The notes beneath the pieces were generated by a model that saw only the letters and a list, made by a program, of their open reading frames with translations, was not told the origin of the DNA and ran no database searches. From a virus (Duplodnaviria > Heunggongvirae > Uroviricota > Caudoviricetes), in the IMG/VR virus record IMGVR_UViG_3300033069_001022, positions 1 through 26,959 of that record: a DNA stretch of 26,959 nucleotides, one strand, 5' to 3'. Position 1 is the stretch's first letter; each line of letters opens with the position of its first letter. The translations under genes were made by a program, and so were the position numbers. Shown here in pieces: positions 1 through 8,944 of this stretch.

Positions 1-50
1 ATCTCTTAATTGGTCTACCTGAGCTAAGCTCATGGTTACTGTTCCATCTG

Positions 51-284
51 TCATATTTGTTTATTTAAAATTTTTCTCAATTCTCTACCTAATTCCTGGT
101 CATTAGGATAACTTTTAATTAATTGTTTAACAAGACTTTCCCATGATATTTTACCCTCTAATAGATTATCACATATAGGAAATATTATTTCTTTATTAGA
201 TAAATCTATATCTTGATAACTGGTATCTTTTCTATATTCTAATTCACTAGCTCGTATTATAGACTCTGCCATATCTGTTGTCAT
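51..284 (-). CDS. hypothetical protein
   Basis: 77-aa ORF, co-oriented with the operon, 4-nt overlap with the upstream gene; no recognisable motif. Confidence 0.6.
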   Translation of the reverse strand: MTTDMAESIIRASELEYRKDTSYQDIDLSNKEIIFPICDNLLEGKISWESLVKQLIKSYPNDQELGRELRKILNKQI

Positions 285-1075
285 AATAGTTCTTTTAATG
301 ATTTAATTCTTTTATAACCTACGTCATATCTCTGATTATGTGGTGCATCAAATAAATAAGTACATATACCTCCATTATTTAACTCTACAAAATTCTCATA
401 CCTATCATCTACAAATATATCTATGCCACTTTTCTTCGCAACTTCTACTTTACTTTCTCCTAATCCAACACTATAAACAGGCATAGTAGGAAATCCATTT
501 TTATCCAACCACTCCTCTGTCCACTCTTTTGGAATACTTCTAGAAGTTATATAACAATGTGGCTCAAAGTGTATATCATTTGGAGATGTTTTAACAGGAA
601 TATTTAACCAAAATTCTTTATCATCTTTTAGCATTTCAAACTTACTTTTTATATCCCTATCAAAATTCCAAGTCTCAGGTACTTCCTGAGCATGATGTTT
701 AGTCCAATGTCCCACCCAATCTGCTAATACTTCATCTATATCTAATCCTATTTTAGGTCTTTTAAGATAAGTATGTCTTCTATCATCAAATTGTGGAGCA
801 ATTTTATAAAAAGCACTTAAAAAGTGAGCATTACATTGAAGATGGTCTATGTGTTTAAGCCCACTCTCTATATCATAGTCTTCCCCCTTTTCTATAGCTG
901 CCAAATGCCTCTTCATAGAGGCAATAGTTGCACTCCATGAAAGACCTTTCTCCCAATTTCTAGCCTCATATTTTGTTACTCCAAAGCTTAGTACCTCTAC
1001 TAAGCCTTGTTGAGCAACTGGATGGACTAAGTCATATCTTAATTTTCCTTGATTGAATCTTAATCCACTATCCAT
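281..1075 (-). CDS. dATP/dGTP diphosphohydrolase (DUF5664-like) fused to a HAD-family 5'(3')-deoxyribonucleotidase (NT5C-like)
   Basis: N-terminal G.RFNQGKLRYDL..KYEARNWEKG..S..RHL..GEDYD.ESGL.H..HL..NA.FL pattern; C-terminal HAD motif I (IGLDIDEVLAD) and motif IV (IDIFVDD). Confidence 0.8.
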   Translation of the reverse strand: MDSGLRFNQGKLRYDLVHPVAQQGLVEVLSFGVTKYEARNWEKGLSWSATIASMKRHLAAIEKGEDYDIESGLKHIDHLQCNAHFLSAFYKIAPQFDDRRHTYLKRPKIGLDIDEVLADWVGHWTKHHAQEVPETWNFDRDIKSKFEMLKDDKEFWLNIPVKTSPNDIHFEPHCYITSRSIPKEWTEEWLDKNGFPTMPVYSVGLGESKVEVAKKSGIDIFVDDRYENFVELNNGGICTYLFDAPHNQRYDVGYKRIKSLKELL

Positions 1076-1442
1076 ATTTTTCCATTAATTTAAAGCATTC
1101 TTTAAAACCTTCTATTTCACATTCTTCTCTCTTAAGAGTTCCTGATCCAGCACTATCAAATACGTCTATAGTTTTATATCTTACTTGCCAAGTCCAACCA
1201 TGAGATTCATCTGGCCCATCTACTAGTAAGAATATACCCTGTTCATCAAAGAAATGGTACAAAGACCTGAAATTCTGGTTAAGAATGTTATTAGCTCCTA
1301 GTTCTACTATTTTATCTGTAATCTCAGGAGCTTGTGCTTCAGGAACATCCTTAAGAAGTTCTTTCTGTAGCTGTAATAACCATTTCTTTACATGCTCATA
1401 AAATACTTCTTTACTTTTTGGATAATCTTTTAAATCTATCAT
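1068..1442 (-). CDS. hypothetical protein
   Basis: 124-aa ORF tightly packed in the operon. Confidence 0.7.
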   Translation of the reverse strand: MIDLKDYPKSKEVFYEHVKKWLLQLQKELLKDVPEAQAPEITDKIVELGANNILNQNFRSLYHFFDEQGIFLLVDGPDESHGWTWQVRYKTIDVFDSAGSGTLKREECEIEGFKECFKLMEKYG

Positions 1443-1446
1443 ATTA

Positions 1447-1836
1447 TTATTTTATTTTATATTTGTCCTCAATAAATTTTAGTTTAATATTTAAATCACT
1501 TCTTTTCATAAGACTCTTATCATTATTAGCATCTCTTGTTTTATGTTCTTTATACCACCACTCCATGTCTGGATAAGTATGTTGCATCAAATTATTTGAC
1601 CCAATAATATCCATTGCTTTACATAAAAATACAGTCATAAAAGAATTAAAAGCTATGTCTTCTGTTTCTACTAATGATCTTTTATAAGTTAATTTTTCCA
1701 GTAACTTATAGTACCTGTCACACTGTATATCATAAAGTTCTCTTAAACTATCTATGTGTTTCTTAAATATAGGATTTGACTCATACTCTTTATGATACTC
1801 TATCTCATCCTGATCTGGCCCTCCTTTACATGGCAT
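1447..1836 (-). CDS. hypothetical protein
   Basis: 129-aa ORF tightly packed in the operon. Confidence 0.7.
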   Translation of the reverse strand: MPCKGGPDQDEIEYHKEYESNPIFKKHIDSLRELYDIQCDRYYKLLEKLTYKRSLVETEDIAFNSFMTVFLCKAMDIIGSNNLMQHTYPDMEWWYKEHKTRDANNDKSLMKRSDLNIKLKFIEDKYKIK

Positions 1837-1838
1837 AA

Positions 1839-2384
1839 TTATATCAATTTATTTTTTATTTCTTCATCAAATACCTCACGGCCTCTGTAAAACTGCCAAT
1901 GCTCGTCAGAATCTGTTAAATCCAAGTCATATAATTTCTTCCAAAAAGATTTTAAATATTGACTTTTCCCAAATATATGATAAGGCAATGTAGTTACCAG
2001 AGTACCATGAGAATTATATGTTTTTCTTGGTATTTCCCTCTTATATGGTTCAGATACCTCAGAGAATCTACCCGCCATAATAATATCTATGTCGTCTTTC
2101 CATTGTTCATGAAATTTATAAACAAGCATAGTCCAACCATCTGGGTAATCATATTCATCAATTAGGTATTTTCTTTCTCTTTCTGCTTCTACAAATTCAT
2201 TAAAAGCGGTAACATCCATAGGTCTAAACAATAAATATACAGCATTCTTGTAATCCATATCCTTTATTCTATCATCTATATAAGCATTTTCAAACCCATG
2301 TTTCCATAGATCTTTAAGGCTTAATTTCAGAATAGGAACTATAAATATACTAGTAGCTGTTAATTTTAAAAACTCAGTCGCCAT
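1839..2384 (-). CDS. hypothetical phage protein
   Basis: 181-aa ORF; no catalytic motif recognised. Confidence 0.75.
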   Translation of the reverse strand: MATEFLKLTATSIFIVPILKLSLKDLWKHGFENAYIDDRIKDMDYKNAVYLLFRPMDVTAFNEFVEAERERKYLIDEYDYPDGWTMLVYKFHEQWKDDIDIIMAGRFSEVSEPYKREIPRKTYNSHGTLVTTLPYHIFGKSQYLKSFWKKLYDLDLTDSDEHWQFYRGREVFDEEIKNKLI

Positions 2385-2392
2385 AATTTAAA

Positions 2393-3457
2393 TTAAAGAT
2401 TAACAATTCCTCCTGCTTCAAATGCTGCTTTACTGATATTCCATATCTGGTTTTCTTGACACCATGAAATATCATTTATAATTTCTGTAACTCCCTTATA
2501 CTCTCTTTCATTTTCTACAAAACCTCTTTCTGCTTTATCTAAATCTTCTACAGTCATTCTATACTGTAATGGTCTATAAAAACAACCACTATGAGCAACT
2601 ATAAAGATAGGCGGTAGAATTTCATAATCACTATAGTCAAAACCCAAATCTAATATACCAGATATCATAGCTTTCCAATAAATATATCCTTGAATATATG
2701 CTTGTTTTTTTAACCAATATTCTCTTTTAAAGTTTATAACATCATATACAAATTTCAAATCATATATTTGGATAGTCTTATTATGATGGTTTACTTTAAT
2801 TTTATCCAGCATAGCCTTCATTTCTAAATTTCCTACTTTAAAACCTTCAATTTGCTGCTCATTAAAAGATTCTTCTCCCTTTCTGTCTTCAAATATAGGC
2901 CCAGTAAACTCATCCTGCATTATTAAAGAAACGGCTTTTTCTGCTATAGTTATATCATCTACACAAGCTACTTCTAAATTTTTAGTTTTAGCCTCTCTAA
3001 GTTGTTTATAATACTGTTCAGCAGTTTCTCCACTCTTCTTATTAGGCTCTGTAAACTTTTTCAATACAGCTTCTTTGGTTATTTTAAAACCACTATCTTC
3101 ATAAGCTAAATCCACAAGATTGCCGAAATCTTCAGTAACCTCTCCATCTTCACTCATACTCATAACAGTATGTTTATACAAAGCCTCAGTAAAAGCTAAT
3201 AGCATACCTGTTGGAGGAGTAGAACAAATACTAAGAAAGAATTTATCATCAAATTTTTCTGGTTCTAATATAAGACAATGTCCTAAATTTCCAATAAGAA
3301 TTGCCTTATTGTACTCCTCTTCTCTCTTTTCTCCTAAAATTTTCTCTTTATAAAACTTTAATCTGTCTATAGAGAAGCTTCTTAAATCAGAAGCACTTAA
3401 CATAGGAACTTTCCTATACTCTATTTCCGCCCTTGTTTCTCTTTTTTCTCCTGTCAT
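2393..3457 (-). CDS. PD-(D/E)XK exonuclease (DUF3799/RecE-exonuclease VIII-like)
   Basis: LSASDL near the N-terminus, GNLGHCLILEP, and catalytic core KAMLDKI...IYDLK; sits in a replication module. Confidence 0.75.
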   Translation of the reverse strand: MTGEKRETRAEIEYRKVPMLSASDLRSFSIDRLKFYKEKILGEKREEEYNKAILIGNLGHCLILEPEKFDDKFFLSICSTPPTGMLLAFTEALYKHTVMSMSEDGEVTEDFGNLVDLAYEDSGFKITKEAVLKKFTEPNKKSGETAEQYYKQLREAKTKNLEVACVDDITIAEKAVSLIMQDEFTGPIFEDRKGEESFNEQQIEGFKVGNLEMKAMLDKIKVNHHNKTIQIYDLKFVYDVINFKREYWLKKQAYIQGYIYWKAMISGILDLGFDYSDYEILPPIFIVAHSGCFYRPLQYRMTVEDLDKAERGFVENEREYKGVTEIINDISWCQENQIWNISKAAFEAGGIVNL

Positions 3458-3792
3458 ATTTTTTCTTTTTGTTTATACCAACCTAAGCTTAATGCTTTAT
3501 TAAGCATTTCTAATATCTCCAGAGCACACTCTTGAGTTAAAATTGACTCTATTTCTTTGAGTCTTTCTCTATCTTTATCTTTTGCTTTTCCTAAGCTATA
3601 TCTTTCTATAGAGTTTTTGAATTTAGAAAAAATCCAATCTTCATCATGCCAGAATAATGTTACCCAGGGATAATCAGGATTAGGAATTATCTCTGTAAAC
3701 TCTATACTAAGCATAGCTGGTCCATTATCTGTCTCTAAAACAGTTATTCTTATTTTATCATCTTCATTTGCTATTGTACTATATCTAAACAT
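3454..3792 (-). CDS. hypothetical protein
   Basis: 112-aa ORF with ATGA/TAATG-type overlaps to both neighbours. Confidence 0.7.
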   Translation of the reverse strand: MFRYSTIANEDDKIRITVLETDNGPAMLSIEFTEIIPNPDYPWVTLFWHDEDWIFSKFKNSIERYSLGKAKDKDRERLKEIESILTQECALEILEMLNKALSLGWYKQKEKI

Positions 3793-4229
3793 TATTCATG
3801 AATTTTACCTTTAAAAAATTTACCACTTATATTCCCATTATAACAATCTTGTCTAAATAAGACGTTATTGTTAATCATATAAACTATTTCCCAATAAGAT
3901 AATGATGTTTTATCCTTACACAATTTAAGAATAGTTCTTCTAAACCCATCAGTACTTCCCCTTTCTTCTATATATTTTAACAATTCTTTACAACTTCCCC
4001 AATATTCTAACCACTTAGAATCCTTTACTCCTCTTTCTATCCTTTTCCTTGTCCCAGAGACTGCTCTGGCTTTTTTAGAAAGTGTCTTCTTTGTTTGATG
4101 AATAAAGGCTTTCTTACCCCAATAAGGCTTTCCCTGGTCATCCATTATTACATATATATAACCATAATAACCTTCAGGTGGCTCATATAAGCATTTTCCA
4201 TTGTAGTACCAGCAATCATTTTCTATCAT
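3792..4229 (-). CDS. GIY-YIG-like nuclease domain protein
   Basis: GYIYVI..G..YWGKK, W..YWGS..L, F.R.IL..C, E....N..YN pattern; catalytic domain only, no DNA-binding extension. Confidence 0.6.
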   Translation of the reverse strand: MIENDCWYYNGKCLYEPPEGYYGYIYVIMDDQGKPYWGKKAFIHQTKKTLSKKARAVSGTRKRIERGVKDSKWLEYWGSCKELLKYIEERGSTDGFRRTILKLCKDKTSLSYWEIVYMINNNVLFRQDCYNGNISGKFFKGKIHE

Positions 4230-4513
4230 TTTTTAATTTTTATGTAATTTAATATTCCCTTTACATTCTTCCATCCAGTTTCCAGTAGTAATAAACAAGA
4301 TACTCCACCATGAATGTCTATCTTTAATCTTCCTTCATTATTACCATATCTTCTACCTTCATGGGTAAATTGGAATTGTACCATAGGTTTCTTATATTCT
4401 ACTAGTTTCTTTCTCTTTTTTATCACTCCTGAGAAACTATCTATCTCATTTTTATTCTTAGGTTTTTTCTTATAACCTCTTTTCCTTACTCTTGCTTTTG
4501 GATTTTTTACCAT
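4226..4513 (-). CDS. hypothetical basic protein
   Basis: 95-aa Lys/Arg-rich ORF with 4-nt overlap to the next gene. Confidence 0.55.
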   Translation of the reverse strand: MVKNPKARVRKRGYKKKPKNKNEIDSFSGVIKKRKKLVEYKKPMVQFQFTHEGRRYGNNEGRLKIDIHGGVSCLLLLETGWKNVKGILNYIKIKK

Positions 4514-4519
4514 AATTTT

Positions 4520-4690
4520 TTAATAAATTTCATAAATTGGAGGAGGTATATACTGTGTAAATACCCCATCACTATAAGTATATAGCCCTACTCCCTCATA
4601 GCCTTTCTCTATTACTATTTGCCATAATCCTATATCTCTTTTTACAAGATAAGCCCCATTACCATTTTCTATTAATATTTTTTCTTCCAT
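4520..4690 (-). CDS. small YEIY-tail protein (56 aa; absent from ORF track)
   Basis: Manual translation MEEKILIENGNGAYLVKRDIGLWQIVIEKGYEGVGLYTYSDGVFTQYIPPPIYEIY*; fills the gap between 4513 and 4693. Confidence 0.8.
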   Translation of the reverse strand: MEEKILIENGNGAYLVKRDIGLWQIVIEKGYEGVGLYTYSDGVFTQYIPPPIYEIY

Positions 4691-4692
4691 AT

Positions 4693-5238
4693 CTACATAT
4701 TATTTAGTTGTTTTCTTAAATTCTTAGCTAATAACTCTATTTCTTCTATTGTTCCATCATTCTTTATACAGTTTGCTTTAAAAGAAATAACCCATACATT
4801 ACCTTTAATGTAACCTTTTTTAGAATCAATTCTGTCTAAAGAGTAAGAATCAAAAGCCATTCTATCAGTATTAACTTTAAGCTTTATACCTAATAAAGGA
4901 CAGTATTCTGGAAGAATTAAATTATCTTTAGTTATATTAAACTCCATTCCTGTTTTTTTAGCTCTGGCTTTTGCTGCTCTAATCAAATAACTAATAGGGT
5001 TTTTTCTATAGTTCTCTTTAGTTAAAGCACAGTCTCTTAATCTATATTCCTCATCATTTTGTCTTTTAAAAGTGCGATTAGCAGATATTTTTGACAATCT
5101 ATCTGGTTTATCGTATCTTTCTTTAGTGCATACATTGCACATAGATCTTCTATCATATTTACCTGTACCTTTATGAAATTGATTAATAGACTTTTCTATG
5201 CCACATAATGTACATATTTTCTTTATATCATTTTCCAT
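4693..5238 (-). CDS. HNH-type homing endonuclease
   Basis: N-terminal CxxC...CxxC zinc finger (CTLC, CNVC); CPLLG; SLDRIDSKKGYIKGNVWVIS..AN..KND His-Me/HNH-like motif. Confidence 0.75.
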   Translation of the reverse strand: MENDIKKICTLCGIEKSINQFHKGTGKYDRRSMCNVCTKERYDKPDRLSKISANRTFKRQNDEEYRLRDCALTKENYRKNPISYLIRAAKARAKKTGMEFNITKDNLILPEYCPLLGIKLKVNTDRMAFDSYSLDRIDSKKGYIKGNVWVISFKANCIKNDGTIEEIELLAKNLRKQLNNM

Positions 5239-5248
5239 AATTCATAAA

Positions 5249-7417
5249 TTAATGCCACCAAAAATTTGTTATAACTGCTTCAGCTTTCATTTTCACTTTT
5301 TCACAAAAGAACTGAGCACCTTGTTCCATACATTCCTCTATTATTTTTCTACCTTCTTCTCTAAAATCAGGAGATGTTTCTGCCATTGATTCATCATGTA
5401 TAAGAGAAGTTAATCCTATTTTATCTTCTAAATCCTCTTCAATCTGCTTTTCCCTAAACAAAATACCAGCCATTTTAGTCTGACTAGCTGCTAAACCCTG
5501 AATTCTAAAATTAAGAGCATTTCTTTCAAGTTTACCTTTTAAAGAGAAATATTCACTCCAGATTTCTTTAATCTCTGGATGCTCTTCGTAAAGTTTCTTT
5601 TTAAATACCTTTCTATCTTCTACTTTCATCCTACGATAATTTTCTGGAAAATATGACCAAGCTTTTTTACCTAACTCATTCATTCTCTGAAAATTAGGAT
5701 CAAACCATCTTCTACCTGTTATTTTATCAATTTCAATAAAGCCTTTTTTAATAACATCTTCCTTTGCTTTATCAAAATCCTCTTTAAGAGTAGGAATAGC
5801 CTCAAAATAACCATCTATAAATTCCTGAGCCACTTCTTCATCCACTCCAAAATCATCCTTTAAAGTATATGCAGAGCCTCCATAAGCTATTTTAAAGTTA
5901 ATATTCTTGGCATCCTGTCTTTCCTTTGGATGAGTTTTCTTAGTTACTATTAGTTCAGGGTCTTTTCTGATAACCCTAAACATTTTTGTAGCTACAAAAC
6001 TATGATAATCATCTCCAAATATAGGATGTCCATCATTAAAGAAAGATAACATATCCTTATCCCCACATACTTCTGCTAATACTCTACTTTCTTGAGAAGC
6101 ATAGTCACAATTAATCAAATTACCTATAAAAGCCATTCTATATTCCTTTTCTCCAGGTATATTCTGGACATTAGGATTATTAGAAGACATTCTACCAGTA
6201 TTCATAATCTGGCTAAAACTAGTATGTATTCTTCCAGTAATGGGATGAATATGTTTTAACCAGTCTTCACCAAAAGTAGTAACAGCTTGTTCACTTTTCT
6301 TTAATAAGAGATAATTTAAAATTAAATCCGAAATATCATTTATATCTGTCTCTGTATCAGACATATATAACTCTTTATACTCTGAATTAAGCAATTTAGT
6401 AAGAGATTTAGCTCCTACAGTATACTCCATAGTTTTTGTCTGTTTACTTTTCTCTTTAGGACAAATACCAAGATGTTTAAATAACTCAATAACCTGATCA
6501 GAACTAGACCATTGTATAGAACAAGAGGCTGCTGAATTGAATAAATCAACAGGATTAACAAATTTAGGATAATTATTAATAATGTGATTATTCAGCTTAT
6601 CCAATCTATGTTGATAGATTACTTTCTTTTTCTCATATACCTCTAACCACTGTTCAGGCTTAAAAGCCATACCCTTTAATTCTATATCAGCAAGGACTAA
6701 ACAAAAAGGATTTTCTATCCTTTCATGTAAAAACATAGGATTATACCCAAATCTGCCTTTAAGTTGTTTTTGTCTTATTTTTAAGGGAAATTCTACATCA
6801 TCAGAACCATATAATACCTGTTCTAAAGTAAAAGGTTTATCTCCTATGTTTAAGAACCCAAGTCTGGTACTTTTATCTACATAAACTATTTCATCATCTC
6901 TCTGATTAAATAAATCAAGTTCTTCAGCATTTTCTACTCCTAAATATCTACCTGCTAGAGCAGCTAAAGAATACCTTAAACCATCATGGTTACTTTTGCT
7001 CCAACCTAAACCATTGGTAAGATTTATATCACAAAGCATAGTATCCCATATCTTTCTGAACCTTATTCCATAATTATACTTAAGGTGTTTAGCCTCAAAT
7101 TTGGCATTATGCATTACATATAATGTGTCTTTACAATTTTTAAATAATGAAGCTATTTGTTCATTAGAAAAAATTCTAGTATCAATTACGTAGCATTTTT
7201 CCAAATTTCCTATTTGTAACATTATCACTTTTGATAAATAAGGGTCCAAACCTGCTTTATATACTTCCTCAGAGTATGTTCCTTTCTCAAATTTTCTAGT
7301 AGTCTCAATATCTAGTCCCAATTCTTTTTCTTCTTGGCAGAAATTTATAGCCTCCTCTATGGTAGCGTATTTTTCTAAACCTTCTATTTTATAATTACTT
7401 ACGAAATAAACTTCCAT
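5249..7417 (-). CDS. polA: DNA polymerase family A with 3'-5' exonuclease domain (no 5'-3' exonuclease)
   Basis: ExoI GLDIETT, ExoII HNAKFE, ExoIII YGSDDV; motif A DYASQESRVLA, motif B RQDAKNINFKIAYG, motif C LIHDE. Confidence 0.95.
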   Translation of the reverse strand: MEVYFVSNYKIEGLEKYATIEEAINFCQEEKELGLDIETTRKFEKGTYSEEVYKAGLDPYLSKVIMLQIGNLEKCYVIDTRIFSNEQIASLFKNCKDTLYVMHNAKFEAKHLKYNYGIRFRKIWDTMLCDINLTNGLGWSKSNHDGLRYSLAALAGRYLGVENAEELDLFNQRDDEIVYVDKSTRLGFLNIGDKPFTLEQVLYGSDDVEFPLKIRQKQLKGRFGYNPMFLHERIENPFCLVLADIELKGMAFKPEQWLEVYEKKKVIYQHRLDKLNNHIINNYPKFVNPVDLFNSAASCSIQWSSSDQVIELFKHLGICPKEKSKQTKTMEYTVGAKSLTKLLNSEYKELYMSDTETDINDISDLILNYLLLKKSEQAVTTFGEDWLKHIHPITGRIHTSFSQIMNTGRMSSNNPNVQNIPGEKEYRMAFIGNLINCDYASQESRVLAEVCGDKDMLSFFNDGHPIFGDDYHSFVATKMFRVIRKDPELIVTKKTHPKERQDAKNINFKIAYGGSAYTLKDDFGVDEEVAQEFIDGYFEAIPTLKEDFDKAKEDVIKKGFIEIDKITGRRWFDPNFQRMNELGKKAWSYFPENYRRMKVEDRKVFKKKLYEEHPEIKEIWSEYFSLKGKLERNALNFRIQGLAASQTKMAGILFREKQIEEDLEDKIGLTSLIHDESMAETSPDFREEGRKIIEECMEQGAQFFCEKVKMKAEAVITNFWWH

Positions 7418-8331
7418 TTTTTACACACCTCCTTTTTTCTATCTAAAAATATATTTGAATCTTTATATAAGTATTGTACTATTTTTTTTATCATTTTTAC
7501 ACCACCATAAATTAAGCTATAAGTATTTTGTCCTTTATGTTTATATAACTTAGTTTTTGAAATATTTAATTCATTTATTAGTAATTCTTGAAATTTTTCT
7601 ATAAAAACATAATTACTAACAATGCTAAAAGTGGGTCGTTTAGAAGAAGTTAAACACCCATCCCCATCAAAATACCCCCTCATAAAATGACTTTGTAAAT
7701 ATAATGGTACTATATCAGTATCAGGAAATACAATTTTACTAGACTTATCACTCATACAGCCTAATTTTACTAAATCACTTGACATTTTCTTAGAGTATAA
7801 AGTTAAAGAACAGGCTTTAGTAGTAATTACATTTGCTATTTTACCTTTGTAATTAATTTCTTTAGCAAATTTTTCTAAATGAATTAAGTCATTTTCTTTT
7901 AAAGTTATATTAATTCTATTCCCATTTTTGTGAATACTACCATCAGCAAAGATAAAACCTAACCAATAAGCTTTTTCTTCTGTATCTATAGTTGCAAAAA
8001 AATTTTCATTAAAAAAATGAAATCTTCCAGTGACTGAAGAATCCCACTTAAAATTAGCTTTTTTAAGAACTTCTTTAATAGTGGATTCTGAAACTTTAAA
8101 AAATTTTGCAACTTCACTAATTTTATTTAGTTCTTTATATTTTTCAATAACTTCCGCAGAATCTAAAACAACTCTTTTATTATTTGTCCTTAGATGTATC
8201 CCTTTTATTATTCTTTGTATGGTTTTTACAGATACATTAAACTCTATAGCCAAATGCATAATAGAATTACCTTCTAATCTTTTTATTATAACTTCTTTTT
8301 GTTGATTTTTGTTTAATAATGGTTGTCTCAT
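7399..8331 (-). CDS. free-standing double-motif LAGLIDADG homing endonuclease with N-terminal HTH repeats
   Basis: AYWLGFIFADGSI and HFMRGYFDGDGCL motifs; start placed at ATG 8331 (MRQP) because the track's TTG start lies inside the -7 promoter box. Confidence 0.85.
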   Translation of the reverse strand: MRQPLLNKNQQKEVIIKRLEGNSIMHLAIEFNVSVKTIQRIIKGIHLRTNNKRVVLDSAEVIEKYKELNKISEVAKFFKVSESTIKEVLKKANFKWDSSVTGRFHFFNENFFATIDTEEKAYWLGFIFADGSIHKNGNRINITLKENDLIHLEKFAKEINYKGKIANVITTKACSLTLYSKKMSSDLVKLGCMSDKSSKIVFPDTDIVPLYLQSHFMRGYFDGDGCLTSSKRPTFSIVSNYVFIEKFQELLINELNISKTKLYKHKGQNTYSLIYGGVKMIKKIVQYLYKDSNIFLDRKKEVCKKWKFIS

Positions 8332-8337
8332 AATAAG

Positions 8338-8369
8338 CAAAGATATAGCGTATTTATATTATAACCAAT
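8338..8369 (-). promoter_or_regulatory. Bacteroidota primary-sigma promoter for the LAGLIDADG gene/polA
   Basis: (A)TTG (8369-8366), 20-nt spacer, TATCTTTG (8345-8338); matches the TTTG-N19-21-TAnnTTTG consensus except one base in the -33 box. Confidence 0.6.
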
Positions 8370-8391
8370 ACAAAATTGTTAAAATCATGTT

Positions 8392-8427
8392 AAAAGGAAG
8401 TATACCTGAATAAACAAGTATACTTCC
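8392..8427 (-). terminator. intrinsic terminator after rIIB
   Basis: GGAAGTATACTTG-TTTATT-CAGGTATACTTCC 13-bp stem (one G:U) followed by TTTT. Confidence 0.75.
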
Positions 8428-8435
8428 AATTTAAT

Positions 8436-8800
8436 CTAAACTTTAACAACTCTCTTACCTATAACATCAATCATATCAACAATCTGTTGCACTTCTTCAT
8501 GACTGACAGGCACTTCTTCATCCTGACACTTTATAACACTATAATCCCTTCCCTTTAGAGCTTCTTGTAATTCTTCCAAAGAATAAGCATGGTATTCCTC
8601 ATCAAAATGTACTATATCTACATCCTCATCCATATACTTACCATCTTTTTCTTCTATTACAGCAGCTATAAACATTTCACTGACTCTCATCTTATTGCCA
8701 TCATAAACAGGAACACTCCTGATTTTAGCAGGATTTACAAGGCATAATACTTTTGTATCACCAAAACTTCCTATTCCAAAACTTCTGGAACCAACATGTA
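8436..8800 (-). CDS. rIIB: rIIB-like protein, exon 2
   Basis: After the terminal G at 8801 the frame reads (L)HVGSRSFGIGSFGDTKVLCLVNPAKIRSVPVYDGNKMRVSEM..., joining exon 1 CSAG to give the rIIB-type CSAGLHVG motif; the 84-aa track ORF is only its tail. Confidence 0.85.
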
Positions 8801-8944
8801 CAATTTGTTATCGTAAAGGCTTTTTATCCTCTACTTCTATATCTTATTAGATTGATATAGTTCAGCATACGTCTTCATCCTATTTCACTATAGGATGTTG
8901 GAAACTCTTGGGGATGTTTTATTCTCATTTAAGAGGTTCAATCC

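Noticed and set aside
281-1075. Claim of a Z-base (2-aminoadenine) genome
   Set aside because: No purZ or datZ is recognisable in the window; a DUF5664-like domain alone is insufficient
5249-7417. Unusual polymerase specificity from motif B
   Set aside because: The residue equivalent to E. coli Pol I F762 is the ordinary Phe (KNINF); the following Lys for Gly is too little evidence to claim modified-base use
7399-8340. LAGLIDADG ORF as part of a third intron or an intein in polA
   Set aside because: No group I core elements flank it, polA is complete from its own ATG, there are no intein Cys/His-Asn termini, and it is in a separate frame with its own promoter
8436-8690. Stand-alone 84-aa gene (and likewise the stand-alone 99-aa gene at 24297-24596)
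   Set aside because: Both are 3' exons of intron-split genes, not independent CDSs
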